Positions 1 to 7,369 of a DNA stretch of 43,273 nucleotides are shown piece by piece; the stretch's first letter is position 1, and each line of letters opens with the position of its first letter. Made by a program: the position numbers and the translations under genes. The stretch comes from an uncultured Gammaproteobacteria bacterium (GTDB lineage Bacteria > Patescibacteriota > Microgenomatia > UBA12405), in NCBI GenBank assembly GCA_964598275.1, contig CAZRAZ010000002.1, positions 4,018-47,290 of the forward strand. Direction: 5' to 3'. The notes below the pieces were generated by a model, which had not been told where the DNA came from, ran no database searches, and was given only the letters and a program-made list of their open reading frames with translations.

Positions 1-1721
1 TCATCACCGGTTAAGTCAATAATGTTGTCAATAAATTTTCTGGTTCTTTGATCATATTTTTTAAAACTAGGAATAAGACCCAACTCATAAAAGGCCATTT
101 GGATATCGGCAGTATTGGGCGAAAGGGTGCGGGTTCTAATTTCAAAAAGAGCCTTGGTGCGATCCGGATGATCGTCTAAACGATAACGAAGATTGGTAAA
201 GGGAAGCAGTTCTTCCCGGTTAGCGTATTTGCCGTCAATGATAACAACATCGCCCTTTTTGATGGAAAAAGATTGGTTCTCATATTTCTTAGTTTGTCTG
301 TCGTAAGCGTCTTTTATCAAAACAGAGAGCGATTTTCGATTTGACTGACAGAATTTGCCGATGGCAGTAAAAAGGCGTAAAACTTTAGCTTGATACCAAT
401 GATCTTCCTCCTCTAAAAAAGGCTGGTTGACCTTGATTTTAGAAGCTAAAGAGCCGATTAGCTTTTTGTCACGGTCAGAAAGTTCCTGACCAGTGGCTCT
501 CTTTTCAACAGCGGTACGCCAATCTTTTTTCTTCAAAAGAAGATCGAGACCAATGTGGATACCTTTAATATCCCGAAGCTCTAGATATTTTAAAACCTCT
601 TGGGCAATAGTAGTTTTACCGGAACCGGAAGGACCGTCAATGGTAACCACAAAAGTTTTGTCTTGACCCTGTCTTTCTTTTAATCTAACGATTTGGTTGG
701 CAATACTTTCAGTAACGGGGCGAAGCTTAACTTTGAAATGTTCTGCTTCAGAATAGTTAAAAGGTTTGCCGGTGCGAGGGTCGATGGGGGGATGGCCATA
801 AAAACCGCGAGCTTTGGCATAATCGTCTATTAATTTGGGCAAAATGGCTGAATCGTGTGTGTTTCGGTAGTAGGTAGAAGAAACTTCCAGATCAATGTAT
901 TGGCCCTTAATGATGGTGGAAGGAAGGGAGCTGGGATATTTATATTCTTTTCTAACTTCTTGGCCGATTTTGTCAATCTCGGGCAGGGTAACAACTCGGC
1001 CGTAATCCCCTCTTTGAATCCAGCCCATGGTAACTTGGTGCAAAGAATTTTGAAAATTGAAATTTCTGGCTTTGGCGGCGACGTATTGTTGATGGAAATA
1101 TTTATAGACCCGGTCTTTGTTTTCAAGTCCTAAAAGATAAAAAAGGGCTATTTTTTTATCCTGGTTAAGAGCGAGAAAATTGTGCATTTCGGCCGAACCT
1201 TCTTGTTCATTGTTCGGCTCACTACCCAAATCGGTATAGCGATAAAGAGGATAAAAATAATCTTCGATCATTTTTTTAGTGACAAAGTGGCGGTCCTTGG
1301 TGGGAACCCGATCAGTTTCAGGAAAATCTTTGTATCTAATTTCACCTTGAGAGCGCCAAACAACGGTATCTAGGTTCAATTTGTTTTGAGCCATGAGAGT
1401 AACCAGAATGTGACCCCACCAAAGAGGGTTGCTGGCAATTGGGAAAAATCCAACCCGAAGAGGACGGTTGAGAGAATAAAATTTTGAAGATTTTGGTTCC
1501 TGGCTGTACTTGAGGCAATTTAGGTCAATGAAAGGGTTGATAACACCGGTCTTGGCTTTTTGGTCAAGGGAGTAAAAGGTGGCGTTAATAGCGCGATAAA
1601 GCCGAGACAGAAAAGGTTTTTGCTTACCGGCAACGTGGGGATCAGCGGTTTCAATTTCGTGTCTGATATAATCCCAAGCCTTTTTGATAACAGCTTGAGT
1701 TTCCGGGATTTTTTGAATCAT
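1..1721 (-). CDS. Partial two-domain protein (C-terminus off window): NMNAT/NadD-like nucleotidyltransferase fused to a uridine-kinase/PRK-family P-loop kinase
   Basis: Absent from the ORF track because it has no stop in the window. My reverse-complement translation from ATG 1719-1721 (MIQKIPETQAVIKKAWDY...) stays in the same frame down to position 3 (...KFIDNIIDLTGD). Motifs read directly: FFPIASNPLWWGHILV (HxGH-like, W101-H104), LEVSSTYYRN (ISSTxxR-like, S281-R286), VVTIDGPSGSGKTTIAQEV (Walker A, G363-T370), VVIIDGKYA. Confidence 0.7.
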   Translation of the reverse strand, partial: MIQKIPETQAVIKKAWDYIRHEIETADPHVAGKQKPFLSRLYRAINATFYSLDQKAKTGVINPFIDLNCLKYSQEPKSSKFYSLNRPLRVGFFPIASNPLWWGHILVTLMAQNKLNLDTVVWRSQGEIRYKDFPETDRVPTKDRHFVTKKMIEDYFYPLYRYTDLGSEPNNEQEGSAEMHNFLALNQDKKIALFYLLGLENKDRVYKYFHQQYVAAKARNFNFQNSLHQVTMGWIQRGDYGRVVTLPEIDKIGQEVRKEYKYPSSLPSTIIKGQYIDLEVSSTYYRNTHDSAILPKLIDDYAKARGFYGHPPIDPRTGKPFNYSEAEHFKVKLRPVTESIANQIVRLKERQGQDKTFVVTIDGPSGSGKTTIAQEVLKYLELRDIKGIHIGLDLLLKKKDWRTAVEKRATGQELSDRDKKLIGSLASKIKVNQPFLEEEDHWYQAKVLRLFTAIGKFCQSNRKSLSVLIKDAYDRQTKKYENQSFSIKKGDVVIIDGKYANREELLPFTNLRYRLDDHPDRTKALFEIRTRTLSPNTADIQMAFYELGLIPSFKKYDQRTRKFIDNIIDLTGD

Positions 1722-1728
1722 CGTTTTT

Positions 1729-1737
1729 AATATAACA
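1729..1737 (-). promoter_or_regulatory. Extended -10 element TGTTATATT 7 nt upstream of ATG(1721); candidate leaderless promoter
   Basis: The reverse complement of 1729-1737 is TGTTATATT. The spacer is AAAAACG, then ATG. No SD in between. Confidence 0.4.
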
Positions 1738-1788
1738 CAAAAGCAAACACCGGCCGAGGAAGTAATAAAATAGCTTATAACTTCTAAC

Positions 1789-1802
1789 TCCCGAGGTGTC
1801 TA
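1789..1802 (+). repeat. 14-mer TCCCGAGGTGTCTA, copy 1 (copy 2 at 42592-42605)
   Basis: Exact 14-nt identity on the same strand. Both copies lie in intergenic DNA upstream of a minus-strand gene start. Confidence 0.4.
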
Positions 1803-1848
1803 CCCCGGCAGTGGCGGGGCAGGGCTAACCAACTTAAGGAGGTTGGTT
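1803..1848 (-). terminator. Two stem-loops directly after the uppP stop, neither followed by a U-tract
   Basis: CCCCG(1803-1807)/CGGGG(1815-1819) with a 7-nt loop. AACCAAC(1827-1833)/GTTGGTT(1842-1848) with an 8-nt loop. Confidence 0.3.
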
Positions 1849-2577
1849 TTAAAAAAGGGTGATAAGAAAAGCTAAGGAGAGGGTGTAGAAGGAAAAAAGA
1901 TAGAGGTGGCGGGAAATAAATAGCTTTTGGAGAAGACGAAGGCAAAAAATACCAACAAGAAGGGTGATAAGGAAGGATAGGGCAAAGGGAATGAAATCAA
2001 GACCGATAAGATTACCAATTTGGTCATAACTTAAAACTAGGGCACCAAGCGAGGCGGGGATAAAAAGAAAGAAAGTAAATTGGAAAGAGGCGGCGAGAGG
2101 TAAACCGACTAAAAGGCAGGCAAAGAGGGTGGAAGCTGAACGGGAAACTCCGGGGAAAAGGGCTAGGGCTTGGAAAAGACCAATAATAAGGGCCCTTTGC
2201 CAATTAAGGGATTGATCTTTGGGCGTGATAAATTTTTGGGAAAATAAAATAAGGGAAGTGATTAGAAAAAAGAGAGGCAAGTATTGGGTTTGGGAAAATA
2301 GCAAATCAAGAGAGTCTTTGAAAAGAAGGCCGATGATAGCGGCGGGGAGAGTGGCAATGACAATAAAAGGCAGTTTGGTAAGAAAATTTTTGACTTGGTG
2401 ACGGAAAACAAAGAGAACTGAACCGAGAGTAGCGGTGTTTAGGAAAACGTCCAGGGATAGGGAGGGAGAAAGATTGAAAAGAGATTGGGCTAGATTAAGA
2501 TGGCCGGAAGAAGAGACAGGGAGGAATTCGGAAAGGCCCTGGATAAAGGAGAGGGCGAGTAGTTGTGATAAAAGCAT
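1849..2577 (-). CDS. uppP: Undecaprenyl-diphosphate phosphatase (BacA/UppP)
   Basis: MLLSQLLALSFIQGLSEFLPVSSSGH matches the UppP N-terminal signature (EFLPVSSxGH), and the protein is polytopic and hydrophobic. I place the start at ATG 2575-2577. The ORF-track extension to 2661 starts at TTG and adds a non-UppP-like Cys-rich peptide. Confidence 0.88.
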   Translation of the reverse strand: MLLSQLLALSFIQGLSEFLPVSSSGHLNLAQSLFNLSPSLSLDVFLNTATLGSVLFVFRHQVKNFLTKLPFIVIATLPAAIIGLLFKDSLDLLFSQTQYLPLFFLITSLILFSQKFITPKDQSLNWQRALIIGLFQALALFPGVSRSASTLFACLLVGLPLAASFQFTFFLFIPASLGALVLSYDQIGNLIGLDFIPFALSFLITLLVGIFCLRLLQKLFISRHLYLFSFYTLSLAFLITLF

Positions 2578-2582
2578 AGGTA

Positions 2583-2591
2583 ATTGTAACA
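2583..2591 (-). promoter_or_regulatory. Extended -10 element TGTTACAAT 5 nt upstream of uppP ATG; candidate leaderless promoter
   Basis: The reverse complement of 2583-2591 is TGTTACAAT. The spacer is TACCT, then ATG(2577). Confidence 0.45.
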
Positions 2592-2646
2592 GGACGTCGT
2601 CACATAGATCACACCATCCGGCAAATCCCTTCCACAAATCGTCACA

Positions 2647-2676
2647 CCTCCGGGGAGCCAAAGCTCACCCCGGAGG
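2647..2676 (-). terminator. GC-rich 9-bp stem-loop 29 nt after the rpsI stop; possible end of the r-protein super-operon
   Basis: CCTCCGGGG(2647-2655) and CCCCGGAGG(2668-2676) are exact reverse complements with a 12-nt loop. The downstream minus-strand sequence TGTGACGATTTGTGG is only moderately T-rich. Confidence 0.4.
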
Positions 2677-2704
2677 AGTGACTCACCTCGGAGGAGGGGC
2701 TGGT

Positions 2705-3112
2705 TTAGCGTTTGGGGGATTGTTTTTGGCGGCGGGCTTTGCCACCGGTACCAACCATTCTTCTTTGGCGTTGGCGGGAATCAACGGTCAACAGTCCAGC
2801 CTGACGAAGAGGCAGACGGAAATCGGGATCGGTTTTTAAAAGGGCTCTGGAAATAGCTAAAGCCAAGGCTTTTAACTGCCCCATTTTGCCACCACCAATG
2901 GCCTTGGCGACAAAATAAAACTTTTGGGCGGTTTTAGTAACTTCTTGAGGTAAGTTGTAAATGTCTTTGGCTAGGTCGTCGGGGAAATATTTTTCCAAGG
3001 ACTTACTATTAATTTCTGAAGCGGAGGTTCCGGGAAAAAGTTTGACGGTAACAACGGCAGAGCGGCGGCGACCGACGGCATAGGTGTACTTTTTTTTGGT
3101 AGTTGAGGGCAT
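2705..3112 (-). CDS. rpsI: 30S ribosomal protein S9
   Basis: The C-terminal ...GGKARRQKQSPKR is typical of S9. It follows rplM, as in the conserved rplM-rpsI pair. Confidence 0.93.
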   Translation of the reverse strand: MPSTTKKKYTYAVGRRRSAVVTVKLFPGTSASEINSKSLEKYFPDDLAKDIYNLPQEVTKTAQKFYFVAKAIGGGKMGQLKALALAISRALLKTDPDFRLPLRQAGLLTVDSRQRQRRMVGTGGKARRQKQSPKR

Positions 3113-3117
3113 AGTTT

Positions 3118-3543
3118 TTATTTTTTAAATTTGTCAGGATATTGATGACTGGCATCAATAAAAATTTTTAAACGGGTTAAGCGTTTTGATCTTAACTTGT
3201 TTTTGGGCAACATGCCACGAACGGCCAGATAGATAACCTGACGGGGATCTTTTTTGAAAAGCTGTCTTAAAGTTAACTCTTTTAGGTTGCCGGTGAAGCC
3301 GGAGTGGTGGTAATAAATTTTTTGATCCAGTTTTTTGCCGGTTATTTTGATTTTGCTGGCATTTATGGCAACAACGTAGTCACCAGCATCACAATTGGCG
3401 GAATAGTCAACTTTGTGCTTGCCGATTAAAAGAGGGACAATCTTGGTGGCGGTTCTGCCCCAGGATTGGCCCGTCAGGTCAATCAAATGCCAAGAGCGAT
3501 TGATGAGATTACCTTTAACCACCGTGGTTTTTTTATTTTTCAT
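3118..3543 (-). CDS. rplM: 50S ribosomal protein L13
   Basis: ...RSWHLIDLTGQSWGRTATKIVPLLIGKHK...VVAINASKI matches the L13 pattern. It lies upstream of rpsI. Confidence 0.93.
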   Translation of the reverse strand: MKNKKTTVVKGNLINRSWHLIDLTGQSWGRTATKIVPLLIGKHKVDYSANCDAGDYVVAINASKIKITGKKLDQKIYYHHSGFTGNLKELTLRQLFKKDPRQVIYLAVRGMLPKNKLRSKRLTRLKIFIDASHQYPDKFKK

Positions 3544-3985
3544 CTGGTTTTGTTTTTACTTTTTTAACAGACTTAGTTTTGGAACCGACTTTTTTGATAT
3601 CATCGGCTTTTGGGGCAGGAGTAAGATGATAGGGTTTGGCAAATTCCAATTTGACAATAAGGGCATCGTCGCCCTGCCTTTTTTTGACATTCCTGGCTTT
3701 GGTAAAGTTTTTAGTTTGGTCTTTAAAAGCAAGAGTAACGGCAGTGATAACCTGATTGGTAAAGGTTCTGTCTTGAAAAAGAGCAAAAAGGCGATGGCGG
3801 GAATTTAAATCCCCTTTTTGGCAAAGACGGCAGAGTTTTTCGATTAGGGGGATAACCGCTTGGGCTTTAGCATGAGTGGTATTAATGGCGCCGTAAGTAA
3901 AAATAGCCTTACTTAAAGATTTCAGGAGAGCTTGTCGTTGGTGGTGGGTTCGTCCGAGTTTCTTGCCCGAAATTCTGTGTCGCAT
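3533..3985 (-). CDS. rplQ: 50S ribosomal protein L17 with a Lys-rich C-terminal extension
   Basis: MRHRISGKKLGRTHHQRQALLKSL is the L17 N-terminus. It follows rpoA. Confidence 0.93.
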   Translation of the reverse strand: MRHRISGKKLGRTHHQRQALLKSLSKAIFTYGAINTTHAKAQAVIPLIEKLCRLCQKGDLNSRHRLFALFQDRTFTNQVITAVTLAFKDQTKNFTKARNVKKRQGDDALIVKLEFAKPYHLTPAPKADDIKKVGSKTKSVKKVKTKPDEK

Positions 3986-3996
3986 GATTTTTTAGA

Positions 3997-4911
3997 TTAC
4001 CAGGATAGCTTTTTATTTTTTAACCAGGTATCAATAATTTTTAATGATTTTTCGCCGACATTTTTTGCCTTAGCTACTTGAGAACGACCATCTCTGACCA
4101 AGCCATCGATGCTGGTGTAGCCGGCTTTTTTGAGAGCATTGGTGACCCGAAGGGGCAACTCGATTTCTTCGATAGACATGTCTTTGGTCATGGAAAAGGG
4201 AGAAGATTCGATGGTAACCACTTCTTCTTCAAATTCTTTTGGGTCATAAATTTGGACTAAAGAATCAACCAACTTTTTGGCGGCCAGTTTGATGGCCTTA
4301 AGAGGATCGATAGAGCCATCGGTCCAAACATCAAGGGTCAAAAGGTCGTAGTTGGATTTTTTACCCAAACGAGTGGGTTCAACCTGATAACCAACTTTAA
4401 TGACGGGGGTAAAAGCAGCATCAAGAATGATTTCGCCACTAATAGCGGTTTTTTGCTCTTTGGCCATGGTATAGCCAAGACCTCTTTCGACAGTTAATTC
4501 CATCTTTAGGTTGGAAGTCTTGTCAGACAGAGTGGCTAAATGTTGGTCGGGGTTGGCGACCCGACAAAGGTCGTTGTCGATGATATCGGCGGCAGTGACA
4601 AGGCCGGCGCCAGTTTTGTCAATCTTTAAAACAATCGGTTCATCTTTTTGGTAATTAAATTTGACCTTTTTTAGGTTAAGAGAAATTTCGACTAAATCTT
4701 CTTTTACTCCAGACAGAGTGGTAAAAAGATGGCTGGCACCGGTGACCCGGATACGGGTAATGGCGGCACCGGGAACAGTGAAAAAAAGAATACGGCGAAG
4801 GCTGTTGCCAATAGTGTGACCCAAGCCACCAATTAAAGGTGATAATTGATAACGACCGTAGCCTTTTTCGGACTTGACGGTTTTGACTTGAAATTTGTTT
4901 GTATCTACCAT
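3997..4911 (-). CDS. rpoA: DNA-directed RNA polymerase subunit alpha
   Basis: GYGRYQLSPLIGGLGHTIGNSLRRILF is the RpoA N-terminal domain signature and a C-terminal domain HhH region is present. An SD (AAGGAG) lies 6 nt upstream. Confidence 0.95.
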   Translation of the reverse strand: MVDTNKFQVKTVKSEKGYGRYQLSPLIGGLGHTIGNSLRRILFFTVPGAAITRIRVTGASHLFTTLSGVKEDLVEISLNLKKVKFNYQKDEPIVLKIDKTGAGLVTAADIIDNDLCRVANPDQHLATLSDKTSNLKMELTVERGLGYTMAKEQKTAISGEIILDAAFTPVIKVGYQVEPTRLGKKSNYDLLTLDVWTDGSIDPLKAIKLAAKKLVDSLVQIYDPKEFEEEVVTIESSPFSMTKDMSIEEIELPLRVTNALKKAGYTSIDGLVRDGRSQVAKAKNVGEKSLKIIDTWLKNKKLSW

Positions 4912-4923
4912 TTTTGTCTCCTT

Positions 4924-5556
4924 TTATCTTGAATAATATTCAATAATTAAGTTAATGTCGATAGCCTGATTAGTATGACTTAATGAGGGCAGGGCAACAA
5001 CTTTAGCAGAATAATTTTTTTTGTCTGCAAGTAACCAATCGGGGGTTTTATAATCTTTTTGATCCAGACGAAGAGTGCCGGCAAAAAGTTGACTAACTTT
5101 TTTATCAAGAGATATTTCGTCGCCAACTTTGACCAGATAAGAAGAAATATTTAGTTTTTTGTCATTAACAAAAACATGGCGATGAGAGATAATCTGTCTG
5201 GCGTGGGTGCGGGAAAGGGAAAGGCCGGAAAGACAGAGGAAATTATCTAGTCTTCTTTCCAAAAGAATTAAGAGATTATCACCAATTAAGCCAGGGAGGG
5301 TTTTGGCCTTGAGAAAGTAATTTCTGAACTGGGTTTCATTAACACCATAAATCCTTTTGGCTTGCTGTTTGGCTTTAAGTTGAAGACCAAAGTCGGTAGT
5401 GCGGGATCGTCTTTTGATACCATGCATACCGGGGGGAACTGCACCTTTTTTTTCGATGGGGCATTTGGGAGAAAAACAACGTTCGCCTTTTAGATACAAC
5501 TTGGTACCTTGGGCTCGACAAAGTCGACATTTGGTATTCAAAGTAATTCGGCTCAT
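4924..5556 (-). CDS. rpsD: 30S ribosomal protein S4 (Cys4 form)
   Basis: MSRITLNTKCRLCRAQGTKLYLKGERCFSPKCPIEKK. Start set at ATG 5554-5556; the ORF-track N-terminal extension overlaps rpsK. Confidence 0.92.
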   Translation of the reverse strand: MSRITLNTKCRLCRAQGTKLYLKGERCFSPKCPIEKKGAVPPGMHGIKRRSRTTDFGLQLKAKQQAKRIYGVNETQFRNYFLKAKTLPGLIGDNLLILLERRLDNFLCLSGLSLSRTHARQIISHRHVFVNDKKLNISSYLVKVGDEISLDKKVSQLFAGTLRLDQKDYKTPDWLLADKKNYSAKVVALPSLSHTNQAIDINLIIEYYSR

Positions 5557-5560
5557 TTTT

Positions 5561-5950
5561 TTAGGTTTTTCTTTGTTTGGGGGGACGGGGACCATTGTGA
5601 GGAATGGGGGTAATATCAGAAATCATTTCGACCTGAAATTCCCTTTTGGCACGAAGAAAACGGAGAGCAGCATCTCTGCCCAGACCCGGACCTTGAAGAT
5701 AAACGAATAATTTTTTGACACCGAGAAGATAAGCATGATTAAGAGCTTTTTCGATGGCGGTGGTGGCGGCAAAGGGAGTTGATTTGCGGGAACCATTGAA
5801 GCCGACCGAACCGGCGCTAGCCCAAGCGATAACATCACCATTTTTGTCGGTAACAGAAACGAGGGTGTTGTTGAAGGTAGATTTAACGTAAAGTCTGCCG
5901 ATGGATAAATTGTGAACGACCTTGGTTTTTAAATTATTTTTTTCGTTCAT
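5561..5950 (-). CDS. rpsK: 30S ribosomal protein S11
   Basis: GRLYVKSTFNNTLVSVTDKNGDVIAWASAGSVGFNGSRKSTPFAA. Start set at ATG 5948-5950 (M50 of the ORF-track ORF). Confidence 0.93.
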   Translation of the reverse strand: MNEKNNLKTKVVHNLSIGRLYVKSTFNNTLVSVTDKNGDVIAWASAGSVGFNGSRKSTPFAATTAIEKALNHAYLLGVKKLFVYLQGPGLGRDAALRFLRAKREFQVEMISDITPIPHNGPRPPKQRKT

Positions 5951-5954
5951 TGTG

Positions 5955-6371
5955 TTATTCTTCTTTTTTGGCTTCGGAGGCGACAGCGTCTTCGGTTTTG
6001 CTCCAAGCTTCTTTGGTAAGCGAGCCAACTGTTTTTCTTTTACCCTTACGGGTGCGAGCGTTGCTCTTGGTTCGTTGACCGCGAACCGGTAAACCACTAA
6101 TATGTCTTAAGCCCCGATATGATTTGATGGCGATGAGACGAGAAATTGATTCTCTAATTTCTCTTTTTAGATCACCTTCGGTTTTGAAGGATTCAAGAGC
6201 CTGACTAAGATTGGAAATTTCGGTACGGGTAAGATCTTTTATTCTAGTGTCAAGTTTTATACCGGCCTTTTGGGCCAGTTTAATAGCCTGGTAGCGGCCA
6301 ATGCCAAAAAAACGAGTCAGCCCAATTTCGGCTCTTTCATGGTCTGGTATGTTAACACCGTTTATTCTCAT
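5955..6371 (-). CDS. rpsM: 30S ribosomal protein S13 with an acidic C-terminal extension
   Basis: MRINGVNIPDHERAEIGLTRFFGIGRYQA. Start at ATG 6369-6371, overlapping the rpmJ stop as ATGA. Confidence 0.93.
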   Translation of the reverse strand: MRINGVNIPDHERAEIGLTRFFGIGRYQAIKLAQKAGIKLDTRIKDLTRTEISNLSQALESFKTEGDLKREIRESISRLIAIKSYRGLRHISGLPVRGQRTKSNARTRKGKRKTVGSLTKEAWSKTEDAVASEAKKEE

Positions 6372-6481
6372 CCTTGTTTTTGGGTGTGCCGTTTTTCGGA
6401 ACAAATAATGCGTCTGGCGCCACGACGGATAACAACTGTACATTTTTTGCAACGACGGCGAATGCTTGATTTTACTTTCAT
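6368..6481 (-). CDS. rpmJ: 50S ribosomal protein L36 (Zn-binding C+ form); not in the ORF track (37 aa)
   Basis: Hand translation of the reverse complement of 6368-6481 gives MKVKSSIRRRCKKCTVVIRRGARRIICSEKRHTQKQG*. It sits in the canonical position between infA and rpsM. Confidence 0.9.
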   Translation of the reverse strand: MKVKSSIRRRCKKCTVVIRRGARRIICSEKRHTQKQG

Positions 6482-6493
6482 ATAAACTTTGGT

Positions 6494-6522
6494 ATTTTAC
6501 CCTAAAAGCCTGATAATATCAA
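6494..6522 (-). promoter_or_regulatory. Sigma70-like internal promoter TTGATA-N17-TAAAAT upstream of rpmJ (alpha-operon block)
   Basis: The reverse complement of 6517-6522 is TTGATA and of 6494-6499 is TAAAAT. The spacer is exactly 17 nt. The -10 ends 12 nt before the rpmJ ATG. Confidence 0.45.
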
Positions 6523-6535
6523 AGACTAATTTTTT

Positions 6536-6751
6536 CTAATAACGATAAACAATTCTCCCTTTTTGGCCATCGGGGCTTAAAACCAGGGAAACCTGATCGC
6601 CCGCCATAATGCGAATCCGATGTATTCTTAGTTTACCGGCTAAATGGGCAATTATTTTGCAGTCTGAATCAAGAAGCTTGACCCGAAAAAGAGTATTGGG
6701 CAAAACCTCGGTAACTAAACCGATAACCGTATCTTGATTATTTTGGCTCAT
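6536..6751 (-). CDS. infA: Translation initiation factor IF-1
   Basis: GLVTEVLPNTLFRVKLLDSDCKIIAHLAGKLRIHRIRIMAGDQV matches the IF-1 S1-like fold sequence. Confidence 0.93.
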   Translation of the reverse strand: MSQNNQDTVIGLVTEVLPNTLFRVKLLDSDCKIIAHLAGKLRIHRIRIMAGDQVSLVLSPDGQKGRIVYRY

Positions 6752-7363
6752 TTATGAAATTTTTGAAATTAATAAATTATCTATTTTTTGACAGATGTCG
6801 CTAAAAATTGGCTCGATGGGACGATTGCCGTCGACGGTGAAGAGTTTGTCCTGTTGTTGGTAGTGAACAAGAATAGGTTTGATGGTGGAGTCATAAGAAA
6901 GTTGACGAGCGGCAACAGCCTTCAGGGTGGAATCACTTCTGTCTTTGGATTGAAAATCTTGACCCATTTTGGCTCGGCGGGCATTAATTTCGGCAAAAGT
7001 GACAGCCAGAAGAATTAACAGAGAAAAACCTTGATGATTTTTATCCAAGTGTTTTTGAACTTGTTGCCCCTGGTTGAGCAAACGGGGAAAACCATCAATG
7101 ATGAAATTGTGGTTGTTGACTTTTTTGTCCAGGGTGTCGATTAAGATTTTTAAAACCAATTCGTTAGGAGCCCACTTACCGGCATTGACAAATTTTTGGG
7201 CTTGAAGACCAAGGGGAGATTTGGCGGCAATTTGGTCGCGTAAAAGTTGGCCCATGGAAAGATGGGTTAAATTATATTTGTCGGCAATTAACTTGGCCTG
7301 GGTTGATTTGCCGCAACCAGAGGGGCCGATGATAAAAAGATTGAGGGCGGGAGGGGTGTTCAT
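6752..7363 (-). CDS. adk: Adenylate kinase (short LID, atypical P-loop GPSGCGKST)
   Basis: FIIGPSGCGKSTQAKLIADKY and FIIDGFPR motifs. It sits in the canonical position between secY and infA. Confidence 0.8.
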   Translation of the reverse strand: MNTPPALNLFIIGPSGCGKSTQAKLIADKYNLTHLSMGQLLRDQIAAKSPLGLQAQKFVNAGKWAPNELVLKILIDTLDKKVNNHNFIIDGFPRLLNQGQQVQKHLDKNHQGFSLLILLAVTFAEINARRAKMGQDFQSKDRSDSTLKAVAARQLSYDSTIKPILVHYQQQDKLFTVDGNRPIEPIFSDICQKIDNLLISKIS

Positions 7364-7369
7364 CGCTTT

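Noticed and set aside
1836-1843. A perfect Shine-Dalgarno sequence AAGGAGGT on the plus strand, with similar GGAGGAG strings at 2672-2697
   Set aside because: No start codon opening a meaningful ORF follows within 5-12 nt on the plus strand. The strings are better explained as parts of hairpins in the minus-strand spacers.
2435-2839. A 134-aa plus-strand ORF, together with the 28-aa N-terminal extension of the uppP ORF (2578-2661, starting at TTG)
   Set aside because: Both run through the GC-rich rpsI-uppP spacer and the 3' end of rpsI. The peptides are low-complexity (Gly/Arg/Cys-rich). UppP homologs start about 13 aa before the EFLPVSSxGH motif, which matches ATG 2577, and that ATG has its own extended -10.
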